DNA of 63,366 nucleotides, counting the filler, from Octopus bimaculoides (lineage: Eukaryota): the NCBI RefSeq assembly GCF_001194135.2. It is 6 parts of 5 records of this genome, joined end to end, with 100 filler letters (N's around TTAATTAATTAA, not from the genome) between each part and the next. Parts side by side here need not be neighbours in the genome. Positions count along the whole stretch, not along the records: positions 23,437 to 40,235 come from NC_069003.1; positions 40,336 to 46,082 come from NC_069002.1; positions 46,183 to 57,764 come from NC_068983.1; 3 more parts are not named here. The stretch is one strand, 5' to 3'. Under the pieces are notes generated by a model. That model worked only from the letters and a program-made list of their open reading frames with translations. It was not told the origin of the DNA and made no database searches. The position numbers and the translations under genes were made by a program. Numbering within the stretch: the stretch's first letter is position 1; each line of letters starts with the position of its first letter. Of this stretch, positions 39,040-51,964 are shown piece after piece.

Positions 39040-39345
39040 AAGGCGCTTGGCTGCGTGATTAGAGTATCCGACTCACGATCGTAACGCGGTGAGTTCGATT
39101 CACTGTAGCGTGCGTTGTGTCCTTGAGCAAGGCGCTTTATTTCGGGTTGCTCCATTCCACTCAGCTAGCAATAATGAATAATGAATAGTGCCTGTAATTC
39201 AAAGGGCCACTTACGTCACACTCGGTGTGCCACGTTGAATCTCCCTTAGAACTACGTTAAGGGTACGAGCGTCTGTGGAGCACTCAGCCACTTGCCCACT
39301 AATTTCACGAGCGGGATGTTTCGTTGATTGGATGAAGTGGAACAC
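39040..39345 (+). mobile_element. SINE family C
   Basis: Head, CORE-like TTGTGTCCTTGAGCAAGGCGCTTTATTTC, 3' domain. Confidence 0.8.
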
Positions 39346-39438
39346 TCATCGTTGCAACCGACGGAGAATCGAGCCATCGTTGTTGTCGCTACTACTCTAG
39401 CTCCCGTTACTAGTCTTTATTTTTGCTGCTGCTGCTGC

Positions 39439-39500
<62 letters not shown>

Positions 39501-41202
39501 TTGCCTGCTGCTGCTGCTGCTCTTATATTTTTTTACCAATTTATTCATCCTTATAATTCTCGTTTCCCATAGCTTCATAGCTTCACTCTAAATTCTACCA
39601 TTTTTCGGTCTTCCCCAACGTTGCTTCTAACACACACACACACACACACACACACACGCGCGCGCACATACACACACACACACTCACACACACATAGATA
39701 CATACATATACACATGCACTCGCACACACGCACATACATACATTTATACATACATACATACAAACATATTCACACTCACTTGCACACACATCCACACGCA
39801 TCCACACACACACACACATGCACATAGATACAAACATAAATACATACATACATATTCACACGCGCGCGCACACACACATACATATTTAAACACACTTGTA
39901 CATACGCACGCACGCACACACATACATGCATACATATATAAATACATACATATATACACGGACACACCCACATATACACACACACACACGCACGCACGCA
40001 CGCGCGCACCAAACCAAGCCAAACGTTTAAGGCGAGAATAATTTAGGTCGGCTCTAGCAATGACCTCTGACCCTTCAATTAAACCGCGACGCCTCACACA
40101 CATACATAAATAAACACGCTGCCGCCGCTGCCACCAACCGCCACCACCACGACTATCACCACCACTACCACCATCACCACTACCATCCTCACCACCACCA
40201 CCACCACTACCACCACCAACCGCCACCACCACGACNNNNNNNNNNNNNNNNNNNNNNNNNNNNNNNNNNNNNNNNNNNNTTAATTAATTAANNNNNNNNN
40301 NNNNNNNNNNNNNNNNNNNNNNNNNNNNNNNNNNNAGGGCGATGTATAAAACCAGGAATGAAATTAAACAAAAATTTTCTCCTGCTATTTGGCGACATGA
40401 GGTGATGTGATGTGAGGCGAAATTCATAAAAGGTATCCAAAGATAATCGTGGACTCATCGTCACGAATAATAAATTAGTTTAAAATTCCATATTATCCCT
40501 TAACTCTAACACCAAAACCGTGTTGTTCCTAAACCGTATATACTATTCCGCCATTGAAGTTTTATCCCTATTATGATTGAATGAAAATGAAAGAAAGAAA
40601 AAAAAAAAAAAGAAAAAGAAAGAAGATAGAAAACGGAAAGAAGCAAGGAAAGAGATATTCGCAATGAACGTGATTCCAAGCATGATACCAAATTTTTGAC
40701 ATTGAACCAACCTGTGAAGGTTGTGGAGCGTTCGTAGAACACACCTCGAGTTATGTCACGTCTTGCGTGCTTGCTCCTGGCATTACAATCATAGGAATAT
40801 ATTCAAACAGCAAACTCAAATTGACGATTTATCCCAATTTTGTATTTATCTATCTTGTTCTCATTTTCTTTCAATATTTTTTGTTGTTGTTGTTATTTGT
40901 AGTTTCTCTCTCAACCTTTTTATTTTTATTTTTATTTTTTTGTGTATATAGGGTAGATAATAGAAGCCTAAGACTGGTGTAAATGGATTTATAACGAGAT
41001 GAATCTATTTTTCACAACAATGCCGCAGATATATTTTTGAACAAAAAAAAATATGATAAAAAAAAAGAAAATTAAATAAATAAATTGCGTAAGCTTTAAG
41101 AATGAAAATGGCGATATGTAGAAATTTGCTTAGAGTCTGACACAATTGTAGTCGTACATGTGTCGAACAAGAATAGGCATTATTCCATAGGTGAAAAATA
41201 GC

Positions 41203-41239
<37 letters not shown>

Positions 41240-41774
41240 TTTGAGTTTCTGTGCATGCGAGTGTGCGTATATGTGTATGTATTTCTGTGTATAAATATAC
41301 GTTATATATGTGTATGTAAATACACATGCTATACGTATAATACATACAAATGTATGTATATATAAATGTTATATATATATATAATATGTATATGTATATA
41401 TTATACACATAATACAAATACATGTCTATATACAATACATACAAATGTATGTATATGTAAATATTACATATATAATAAATATAGAGATATATATATAAGA
41501 CATACAAACATACAAATGTATGTACATACAAATATTATGTATATATATNNNNNNNNNNNNNNNNNNNNNNNNNNNNNNNNNNNNNNNNNNNNNNNNNNNN
41601 NNNNNNNNNNNNNNNNNNNNNNNNNNNNNNNNNNNNNNNNNNNNNNNNNNNNNNNNNNNNNNNNNNNNNNNNNNNNNNNNNNNNNNNNNNNNNNNNNNNN
41701 NNNNNNNNNNNNNNNNNNNNNNNNNNNNNNNNNNNNNNNNNNNNNNNNNNNNNNNNNNNNNNNNNNNNNNNNAA

Positions 41775-41930
41775 GCACTTAGGACAAAATTTTTAGCGGT
41801 ATTTCTTCCAGCTCTTTACGTTCTGAGTTCAAATCCCAGCGAGGTCAACTTTGCATCACATCCATTCAGTGTCGATGAAATAAAGTACCAGTCAAGTACG
41901 GAGCTCGATGTAATCGATTTGTCCTCCCCC
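41775..41930 (+). mobile_element. SINE family B
   Basis: Meta-like domain. Confidence 0.75.
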
Positions 41931-41980
<50 letters not shown>

Positions 41981-42232
41981 TTGACAGGAAGGACAACAAA
42001 AGAAAGAAAGAGACCTCGATATTATGCAAATAGAGGAATTTATCTGTAAAAACATGTGACACTTATTCAGTAGCCATGATAAAACTCCGAGTTTCAGATG
42101 CCAGGGTGGGAGCCCACGCCAACATCTCTTCAATTATCTGGCCATTGAAAATTAGTGTAGTGACAAGGTCAAAACGCGTCTAAAACTGCGTATATTATCG
42201 CATGCACGCATATATCCATATACGCACGCGAC

Positions 42233-42378
42233 GGGCATCTCTCGGTTTCCGTCCACTCACAAGGTTTTGGTCGGCCCGATGACTATAGTAGAAGATATTG
42301 CCCAAGGTGCCACGCAATGGGAGTGAACCCGGGACCATGTGGTTGAGAATCAAGCTTCTTTACCACACAGCCACACTG
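42233..42378 (-). mobile_element. SINE family A head/core
   Basis: Similar to 1-140. Confidence 0.8.
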
Positions 42379-43019
42379 CATAAACACACGAGAGCATGTG
42401 AGTACTCCCAACTGCAAATGCACTTGTAGAGAAATAGATAAAAACAGACCAAATTGTATACCTATACATACATACACACGCATACATAGCTATTGTACTC
42501 TATTATATTTCAAACCAATTTCTCCTTCCTTCCTAATGAGAAATAAAACTTGATTCCGATAATGGTAAGTGGTGACTTGAATAGTAGAAGCTGAAGCATT
42601 CGTTATTTGTTTGTGTATGTTTAGCACCGTTGTCTGCGAGAGTCGAAGACCACACTTGGAGCTTCAATAAAAATTCTTAATGGCATAAAAAGTAAATAAA
42701 ATTATTTCGCAATTTGTGAAGAATATATTTATTGAATACAGGTTTCCAACGGGTCATTCACACTGATTCACTTAATTTCTTATGGAGATTAAGAATGAGA
42801 GTGACGTGAATGGAGTGTCTGTAGCTCGAAGCTGAATAAATATCGCAAGTGATTTAATAAGTTTAACATATATATATATATATATGTATGTATGTATGTA
42901 TGTTTGTGTAAAAACTAAACCATACACATCTATATATCTACACACACACACACACGCCTATATGTCAGTCTCTACCTTTCTATCCTCCTCGTGTTTTTGT
43001 TGCTTGCCTATTTGCATCT

Positions 43020-43230
43020 AAACATTGTCAAGCGGTCGAGAGAGGGGACATACACACACACACACAACGGGTTTCCACACAGTTACCGCCTAATAATAAA
43101 TTCTTTTTCAAGACATTGGTCGGCGAGTGGGAAGCTACAATAGAAGGTTCTTGCCCAATGTGCCAGGCAGTGGGACTGAACCTGAAACCGCCTCGTTACA
43201 AAGCAACCTTCTTAACCACACAGCCATACC
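43020..43230 (-). mobile_element. SINE family A, decayed
   Basis: Head, core and internal (TG)n. Confidence 0.7.
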
Positions 43231-43336
43231 TGGGCCTAAATGTGTTCTTAATTACTTTTCTAGAAGGTTTCTTCACTTCTTCTGCTTATTTGTATCTTTC
43301 ACAACGATGCATCTTTCGCAACTACATGTATTAAAG

Positions 43337-43770
43337 AAGGCAGCGATGTGGCAGAATCGTTAGTACGCCGGGCGAAATGCTTAGCAATATTTCGTCTGCC
43401 GTTACGTTCTGAGTTCAAATTCCGCCGAGGTCGACTTTGTCTTTCATCCTTTCGACGGTTGATAAATTAAGTACCAGTTACGCACTGGAGTCGATCTAAT
43501 CGACTTAATCCTTTTGTCTGTCCTTGTTTGCTCCCTCTATGTTTAGCCCCTTGTGGGCAATAAAGAAATAAGAAACATTAGCACGCCGGCCGAAATGCAT
43601 AGCGGTATTTCGTCTGCCGTTACGTTCTGAGTTCAAATTCCGCCGAGGTCGCCTTTGCATTTCATCCTTTCGGAGTCGATAAATTAAGTACCAGTTGCGT
43701 ACCGGGGTTGATCTAATCGACTGGCCCCCTCCCCCAAAATTTCGAGCCTTGAGCCTAGAATAGAAAAGAA
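43337..43770 (+). mobile_element. SINE family B dimer, same junction as 38650-39020
   Basis: ..TTGTGGGCAATAAAGAAATAA (43571)|GAAACATTAGCACGCC.. Confidence 0.9.
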
Positions 43771-43784
43771 TATATATATCGCTT

Positions 43785-43836
43785 AAGGCGGCGAGCTGGC
43801 AGAAACGTTAGCACGCCGGACGAAATGCCTAGCGGT
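43785..43836 (+). mobile_element. SINE family B head, truncated at TAGCGGT
   Basis: AAGGCGGCGAGCTGGCAGAAACGTTAGCACGCCGGACGAAATGCCTAGCGGT then unrelated sequence. Confidence 0.85.
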
Positions 43837-44805
43837 TTTGTTTGTAGTGATTAATTTTGTAGTATTATTTTGAAGGTTAGTGTTGGAATTGTCGAAATTG
43901 TTGTTGTTGCATTCTTTTCTTTGTGTTTTTAATAATACCGTTCTGCGTGTGGCAGACAGGGTGAACTTTTATTATTCCTCTCTGTGAGCGGGGGAATTAT
44001 CAATTATTTTGTGGTGTTTTTCCACAACTTATTTTTGTTAAAAATGAAAACTTCCTCTGTAGAGGATAAAAAACTCTGAAAACTCTGAAAAAAACCCCGT
44101 TAAATGAACAGTGAAAAGAACTGTGAAAGGAATTGTAAAATACGGAGCATGCCAACGGCAGAACAACTGGTGGAATCACCAAAAAAAGTCAATTTTGCAG
44201 CTGCGGCTGGTGTCAAAAAAAGGAAACATTTGCGTCGATAAAAATGTAATGAAGCGCCAAAATATGGTTTTCGAAATGGAGGGTTACGATGTAAAAGCAA
44301 CCCTCCCAAGTGAAATAATTGAAGAAACAGCAAAAAGAAGTCATATTCAAAACACTGATCGTAAAATAAAAGAAACTGGACAAGGTGTCAAAAGAAGCCA
44401 TAGAAAAATGCCTGCAACCAATCTGGCAGGATATAGAATATCTGACCAGAGGAAAACGCTTTGCCACAGTAACAGTATACTTTAAAAGCGAAGAAAAAGC
44501 TAAAATTAATTCCGTACAACCTTTAAAAGCCATAGATATCGTATTGCTGCCAACTTACTTAGGCAGGCGAACATCTAAAATAACAATTGAAGAAATCCCG
44601 CCGGAAATAAATGTATCATGGATACTCTCAGCCTTTCCAATGGGAATAGAAGAAGAGATAACAATTTTAGAGGCATCAAAAATACACCAGCAAAACTGGA
44701 AAGGGCAAGGCCTCGAAGTTACAATACAAGCAGCACCACAGACCCTGGAGATGATTGCCGAAAACATACATCTCACAGAAGAAACCAAGTTACGGGTAAT
44801 GTTGT
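43837..44805 (+). pseudogene. Putative 5' UTR and ORF1 (RRM-like) of a Tx1/L1-clade LINE
   Basis: SKEAIEKCLQPIWQDIEYLTRGKRFATVTVYFKSEEKAK..LLPTYLGRRTSKITIEEIPPEI..; resembles RRM-type L1/Tx1 ORF1 by recall, with a frameshift near 44385. Confidence 0.5.
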
Positions 44806-44959
44806 GGTTTGTGATTTCCCTTTTGCATATTGTTTTTCTTTTTGTGTCCCTTAATCCAGAGGCGCGTGTAAGGATTGAAAAGGTGGTAAACAAATTGCCT
44901 GGTTTAATAAAACTGAAATGCTTCAAGACTTTGTAAACCTATCCAACACACACACAAAT

Positions 44960-44996
<37 letters not shown>

Positions 44997-45179
44997 CAGT
45001 GTATGTGCTTTGCTTGTTCGGCGGTTGGCTGGGAATCGATGCGGTGGAGACGACCCCTCTCTGAAAGCGCCGGATGTGAAAACATTTGATAGTCATAGTC
45101 ATAGACAGGCGAGACACTTCACGCCAAGTACCACTCAGGAGCGATGGACATCGATGCCCACCACCCTCCCACTGCCTCC

Positions 45180-45366
45180 ACCAACACCGCTTAACAACCG
45201 GTGTTGGTTTGTTCATGTCCCAGTAACGTAGTGTTTCGGCAAAAGAGAACGATACAGTAAGGACTAGGCTTAAAACACACACAAACATCGGGGGCGATTT
45301 ACTTGACTAAACTTTTCTCAAGGCGGTGCTCCAGCATGACCACAGTCCAGTGACTTATGCAAGTAA
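45180..45366 (+). mobile_element. SINE family A 3' module
   Basis: GCTTAACAACCGGTGTTGG..AAGGCGGTGCTCCAGCATG. Confidence 0.75.
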
Positions 45367-45669
45367 AAGGGGAGAAAACAGGCGTTCTATTTATATTTGG
45401 GGGCCGTGGGGTGGGAAGAATTGGTTTTTGGTATCTGTCAGTTTTGAGAAACTGCCTTAATCTACGTTGGTCTTTAAGAGAATTGTTTTCTGAAAAGCCG
45501 TCTGCTATTCAAAGGAATTATTTACTCTGTTGTATTTGCGATTGGTAAAGCTGTATCTGTTGCCAGATCTGGCGTCAACTGTTATGGAATGTCTACGGAA
45601 TTCTAGTAGTAGCAGAAGCATGATTTCTTGTCAATGGTGTAATATGACACCCCTGGATATCAAGATGGC

Positions 45670-45968
45670 CAGCAGTGGCAGCAGCAATTGCAGCAACAGC
45701 AGCAATTGCAGCAACAGCAGCAGTAGTAGTAGCAGAAGTTGTAGAAGTAGTAATAGTAGTAGTAGTAATAGTAGTAGTAGTAGTAGCAGTAGTAGGAGTT
45801 GTAGAAGTAGTAATAGTAGTAGTAGTAATAGTAGTAATAGTAGTAGCAGCTGTAGAAGTAGTAGTAGTAGCAGTTGTAGTTGTAGCAGCAGTTGTAGTTG
45901 TAGTAGCAGTAGTAGCAGAAACAGTGACAATAGCAGCAGTAGCAGCAGCAGTAGTAGTAGTAGTAGTT
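45670..45968. repeat. Compound (AGC/AGT/TGT) low-complexity repeat
   Basis: Direct reading; internal duplicated block of about 57 bp. Confidence 0.85.
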
Positions 45969-46014
45969 ATTACTTCAACAATGTTAACGTTGTTATTTTT
46001 CATTGTTAAGGCGA

Positions 46015-46082
46015 CGAGCTGGCAGAAACGTTAGCACGCCGGACGAAATGCTTAGCGGTACTTCGTCTATCTTTATGTTCTG
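46015..46082 (+). mobile_element. SINE family B head (runs into gap)
   Basis: AAGGCGACGAGCTGGCAGAAACGTTAGCACGCC. Confidence 0.85.
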
Positions 46083-46182
46083 NNNNNNNNNNNNNNNNNN
46101 NNNNNNNNNNNNNNNNNNNNNNNNNNTTAATTAATTAANNNNNNNNNNNNNNNNNNNNNNNNNNNNNNNNNNNNNNNNNNNN

Positions 46183-46218
<36 letters not shown>

Positions 46219-46219
<1 letters not shown>

Positions 46220-47267
46220 AAAAAATGAGTAGAGAGAGTCTTTGGTGTGGGGGATAATTTTTATTTTCATCTTAATAATATGTTTATAGTGAGTATACCA
46301 TTTCCAATTGTTCTTTTATATAAATGGTGAAATATTCGTTAAATGTTTCTTTTAGTTGGGAATAGAGCTTGACCTCTAAAAAGCCCATTTCAAGTGTCGC
46401 ATAGCTGGGGCTACTTTTGTCACCATTACCGTTCCTTTTATTTGTGGAAGAAGTGATTATTTTCCACTCAATAACCATCACTTCTACAAGTATAAAACGA
46501 GGATAAAAATATCATGTGCAAGATACATAGACAGGTCTCAAAATATCGTAATGACCTAACTGAGAATGAAGTTAATTATTTAACCAACTTCAAAGTAAAA
46601 AACCAGTAACTTCTATGGTTTACCCAAGATCCATAAAGCAAAAGAAATCCAAGACAGCATAAAAGGAAACAATTAAACATACGTCGAAATTCCGAAATCC
46701 AGAGACCTGAAACCATGTCCAATCATTGCAGGATCAGCATCAAGTATAGAACGCTCAAGCAACCTAATATATATAGTTCTAAAAGCTTTGTGCAAAATGA
46801 TACCAAGCTTTGTCCGGGACGATATGGACTTCTTAAATTACATACCTAAAAGTGTCCACCAGGGGACAATTCTTGTTACTTTTGATATAACTTGTCTATT
46901 CATCAACATCCCACACGACCTAGAAACTGGAGCTATAAATTTCCGGTAAAAAAAAGCACCCGAATCATATGGAAAGATTCTCAAAATCCTTCATTTTTGA
47001 AGGATTGAAATTAATACTGGAAAATAATCACTTCTTCGATCACAATTTCTGCTTACAAATAAAAGGAACGGCGATGGCGACAAAAGTAGCCCCCACTTAT
47101 GCAACACCCGTAATGGGCTTGTTAGAGGTCAAACTCTATTCCCCAACAAACAAAAACATTTAACGAACAATTCTCCATTTGTATGAAAATAACTGGAAAC
47201 GGTATGCTCACCAATTAAGATTAAAATAAAAAATATCTCTCCAAAAAGCCATTTCTACTCATTTTTT
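46219..47267 (+). mobile_element. Penelope-like RT fragment with an inverted duplication of its 3' 250 bp
   Basis: FYGLPKIHK, PIIAGS, SFVRDDMDFL, LVTFDITCLFINIPH, LILENNHF..QIKGTAMATKVAPTYA, WKRY; 46219-46466 is the reverse complement of 47018-47267. Confidence 0.85.
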
Positions 47268-47315
47268 CAAACATTTATAATACCGTACCAAGAGCTTTCA
47301 TTTTATTATTTTACG

Positions 47316-47348
<33 letters not shown>

Positions 47349-47799
47349 AATGTATGTATATATACAAATGCATACATAACACACAAACACACATATATAT
47401 TTAATATATATGTATATGTGTGTGTGTGTGTGCGTGTGCGTGTGACCGTGTGTGTGATATAATTGCAGCCCACAAAGTCATCAAGGAAAATCCTTTGTCA
47501 TCAGATCTGCGAAGCTAAGAAGAGCTTACTGTTCTCTATGACTTCTAAGCCACTATCGGATTAGTTTACGAAAATTAGGACAAAATCATCCGAACGTAAT
47601 GCAGTCGGAAAGAGACTGTTAAGGCAATTTTCTGAGCATGATTTGCTCAACGACCATCTACCGCTTGTCACACCTTTGCAAATCATTAACGCTGCCATAT
47701 TGACTACCTTATTATTTCAGTGTACACTAACACGGTAAGCTTGCAGGATCGTCAGCGAAGCGGACAAAATGCGTATCGCTTTTTTTTTTACTCTGTACG

Positions 47800-48110
47800 T
47801 GCTGAATTGGAATGCCGTATCGGTTGGCTTTGTTTTTCATCATTCGGGGGTCGATAAAATAAGTGCCAGTTGAAGAATAGAGTCGCAGTAATCGACTAAC
47901 GACCTCCCCACAAAATTTCAAGCCTTGTGATTATAATAGAAAGACAAAAGATAACTAAGTTGGCAAAATCGTTACCTCACCGGACAAAATGCATAGCGGT
48001 ATTTTTCCAGCTATGTACGTTCTTAGTTGAAATGCTGTGGATCCTTTCAGGATCGATAAAATAAGTATCTGCTGAATAATATTGGGGTCCATATAATCGA
48101 CCTTCTCACC
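47800..48110 (+). mobile_element. Two decayed SINE family B copies
   Basis: Meta-like domain twice. Confidence 0.6.
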
Positions 48111-49114
48111 CTTCTCACCTTTGGTCTAAATCTAAATCAAACAGTTGCTGTTTTATTTTTGTCAATTAATCTTAGATTAGCTTGCAATGACTAATGAGAC
48201 CTATGATTATAGTAATATATGATTATGGTAATCTTATCCTTANNNNNNNNNNNNNNNNNNNNNNNNNNNNNNNNNNNNNNNNNNNNNNNNNNNNNNNNNN
48301 NNNNNNNNNNNNNNNNNNNNNNNNNNNNNNNNNNNNNNNNNNNNNNNNNNNNNNNNNNNNNNNNNNNNNNNNNNNNNNNNNNNNNNNNNNNNNNNNNNNN
48401 NNNNNNNNNNNNNNNNNNNNNNNNNNNNNNNNNNNNNNNNNNNNNNNNNNNNNNNNNNNNNNNNNNNNNNNNNNNNNNNNNNNNNNNNNNNNNNNNNNNN
48501 NNNNNNNNNNNNNNNNNNNNNNNNNNNNNNNNNNNNNNNNNNNNNNNNNNNNNNNNNNNNNNNNNNNNNNNNNNNNNNNNNNNNNNNNNNNNNNNNNNNN
48601 NNNNNNNNNNNNNNNNNNNNNNNNNNNNNNNNNNNNNNNNNNNNNNNNNNNNNNNNNNNNNNNNNNNNNNNNNNNNNNNNNNNNNNNNNNNNNNNNNNNN
48701 NNNNNNNNNNNNNNNNNNNNNNNNNNNNNNNNNNNNNNNNNNNNNNNNNNNNNNNNNNNNNNNNNNNNNNNNNNNNNNNNNNNNNNNNNNNNNNNNNNNN
48801 NNNNNNNNNNNNNNNNNNNNNNNNNTTATATACACACACATACATACATACATACATACATATATACATACATACATACATATAAATACGCGCACACACA
48901 CATATATAAATACCTGTTTATATGTATATATGCGTATGTATGTATCTATCAATTCATCTCTCTCTCCATTTCGCTCTTCTTATGTCTCTCTCTCTCTCTC
49001 ACTTCCTCTGTCTGTCTGTCTGTCTGTCTGTCTCCCTTTCTCTCTCTTTCTCTATCTCTATATATGCACACGTTATTATTAAAGCTGCGAAAACATCACA
49101 AAATATCACATAAA

Positions 49115-49156
49115 AACTGCTAGTCAGAGTTTCACGTTCCCGTTCATCAGACAGTT
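49115..49156 (-). ncRNA. Minimal type I hammerhead ribozyme motif (slightly degenerate)
   Basis: AACTGT-CTGATGA-ACG GGAA CGT-GAAAC TCTGA CTA-GCAGTT; stem I 6 bp, stem II 3 bp. Confidence 0.6.
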
Positions 49157-49739
49157 GTGATTAAGAATGGGACAAGAATTAAAGTTATAAGTATAAATAT
49201 ATTGTACAATTTACATTGACAGATACACATTTGAATTTGGTTTTATTTTATTGGTCGTTTTAACTAATGATTTGTTGGTTTTTTTTTCAAAAAACCGTGA
49301 TGTAAAATTAGTTAAGTCGAAGAAAACCTTAAATCTAAAATAAATTTTAGTTTAGAAGGAAACACATACATGCCCTGAGTAAATTAATTAATGTTAAAAT
49401 AAGTTTTAATTAAAATGTGTGTCTGTTTATAATAAAATATTCACTTACAGAAAATCTAAAAGCATAAAAATATGGGTAGACACACGTTATTCACGAACAA
49501 ACGCATACGTGCATGGATTTATACGTGCACATACTAAAACATACAAACATATGTACTCTAACGTGTACAAAAGCTGTTACATCCATACATACATGATTTG
49601 TCTACATTTAGGGTTTCTAGTAAAATTAGCTTTGTGGTCCTTAAAGTTAATACTTAAGAATCTAGTTAGTAATATAGGAAGGCGCATTATGCCGTACCGT
49701 ATTATAACAATGCATTAGGAAACAGTGGATTGTCGGAGA

Positions 49740-50450
49740 TGATCCAGTATAGACTAAACACAGCTAACAATAATAGCACAAGTAGAACTAGGAAAGATTT
49801 GTGGATTAATCCGACATTTAACATTACCGTAAACACTAATATAGGTAAGGAATTCTTAAAACAAGTTTCTATGCACTTTCAAACAAACCATAAGTTCTAT
49901 AGAATTTTTAATAAGAGAACGCTGAAGGTTAGCTATTCTTGTTGCAAGAGCTTCACCTCTTTAATTAACCAGCATAACGCGAAAGCCATTAGAAGTGATC
50001 ACAGTGCCGGAAATAATGAGAAGAATTGTAATTGTAAAGAACAAAGTTGCTGTCCGTTAGGAGGAAATTTCCTAGAGAAATGAGTAGTATATAGAGCTAA
50101 GGTGAAAATAGAGGGCTAACAATACAAGACATATACAGGAGCCACGGATAATTCCTTCCACGGATAAGTCATTTCGACACCCTGAAAATAGGACATCAAC
50201 GAGTCTCGCTAAACATGTCTGGTAATTGAAAGAAAATGACACCCGTCCTTTCAAAATCAGCTGGACAATCTTGGAGAAGGCAGCATCATATAAATATGGA
50301 GCATACAGAGTCCCAGTGAGGTGCAATTTGAGCCTGACTGAAAAGTTCTTCATCCTGTTCCAGGATAAATACGCACTGAACCAAAGACGGGAGCTTTTTA
50401 ATTCCTGCAGACACGCCACGAAATATAAAATGTCGACTGATAAAATACCG
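49740..50450 (+). pseudogene. Penelope-like element C-terminus with GIY-YIG endonuclease
   Basis: LWINPTFNITVNTNIGKEFL..IFNKRTLKVSYSC, CNCKEQSCCPLGG, VVYRAKV..TYTG, CNLSLTEKFFIL..LNQRRELFNSCRHATKY. Confidence 0.85.
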
Positions 50451-51394
50451 TACGGGTAACATTGACTTTCACATTTGAATTTGACCTTTTCATTTAAAAT
50501 CCAGCACCATTTAGTACGACGTTCATTTCACATTTTCACCTTTCAAGAAAACCTTCGACTGGATACAAACTATATATATTTCTATCTTTATATTACCTTT
50601 ATTATTATTTCTATCTTTATTTTCATTATTTTATTGTAACTATTACTTTTAAACGCATCTTTTGAAAGCATATGATTGTGTTTTATATTTCAATTTTGCC
50701 CATAAAATACCTCACAACGTAGATTTTGTTTTCTTAATACACATTTATAAAAGTGCATCTACAATCGACCCGAATGGATTTTTTAGTAATTTGTTTTATT
50801 TTTCATTATAATTTTTATTATTTTTATTATTATTACTTAATTGTTTTACTTTCATTGCAGTTATTTATCATTATTATTATCATTGTTAATAGGGCGACGA
50901 TGCTGGCAGAATTTTAGCGAACTGGACAAGATGTTTAGCGATATGTCACTAGTTGCTATGTTTCCGATTTAAATTTCGCCGTGGTCAAAATTTTACTCAA
51001 TTTCAAATTTATTTTTTATAAAATAATATTCTTAGCAATTTAATTTAATTTTGTAAATTATTTTATTGTTCTTTGTTTCAGCAATTCTTATTTCAATTTA
51101 TTTTTATTCTGTGTTTATCTTATATTAATATTCAATACACCGAACACAGTTTTGTATATATACGTATGCATCTATATGTATTGTGTATATATGTTTATGT
51201 ATATATATGTATGCATATATATATATATATATGTTTATATGTGTATATGTATGTGTGTATACATGTGTATAACTATGTATTATTTATGTAGGTATGTTTA
51301 TGCAAGTCTATTTATATGTGTGCACATAGGGTCTTGACTATATACACACATACGGGTTTTGTTGTATCTTTTTTTTCACTACTAGATACTATTA

Positions 51395-51607
51395 TTTTCT
51401 GCTCTAGGCACAAGGCCCGAAATTTTTTGGGAGGGGGCCAGTCGATTAGATCGATCCCAGTGCGCAACTGGTACTTAGTTTATCGACCCCGAAAGGATGA
51501 AAGGCAAAGTTGGCCTCGGCGGAATTTGAACTCAGGACATAAAAACAGACGAAATACATCTAAGCATTTCGCCCGGTGTGCTAACGTTTCTGCCAGCTCG
51601 CCGCCTT
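51395..51607 (-). mobile_element. SINE family B, near full length
   Basis: Reverse complement from AAGGCGGCGAGCTGGCAG to GTGCCTAGAGCAGAAAA. Confidence 0.9.
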
Positions 51608-51764
51608 TTTAGAAGTTATATTACACACAATGGCACACTTTAAGTTTTAAACAGAAAATTCTGATTGACTAAACGTATAAAATGAGCGACAATATAAGGA
51701 AAATATCAATACAAAGACACGTACGTACTGTTGCTTCTGTTGTAGTTGTTATATTGAAGGTACG

Positions 51765-51960
51765 TGGATTAGTAGCCAGGCTATTCGTCCCACGATTTTA
51801 AGGTTGTGAGTTCGATACGCGCCGGCGCTTTGTGTCCTTAGGCAAGCATTACTTGTATTTCTGTGTCACCTTGAATCTCCCTGAGAATTACAATAAGGTT
51901 AAGTGTGTCTGTAGCGTGCCTGCTCCTCCCCTTGCACGTTAATTTGACAAATAGGCTGTT
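51765..51960 (+). mobile_element. SINE family C, decayed
   Basis: Head, CORE-like segment and partial 3' domain. Confidence 0.65.
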
Positions 51961-51964
51961 TCCT

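Noticed and set aside
45530-46034. Ser/Thr/Val-rich ORFs resembling mucin
   Set aside because: Compound AGT/AGC microsatellite open in several frames; no splice or codon evidence
47470-47515. CTGATGA plus a hairpin on the minus strand
   Set aside because: No GAAA after stem II, so not a hammerhead; the CTGACGA at 17118 is part of the Tc1 FTDE codons
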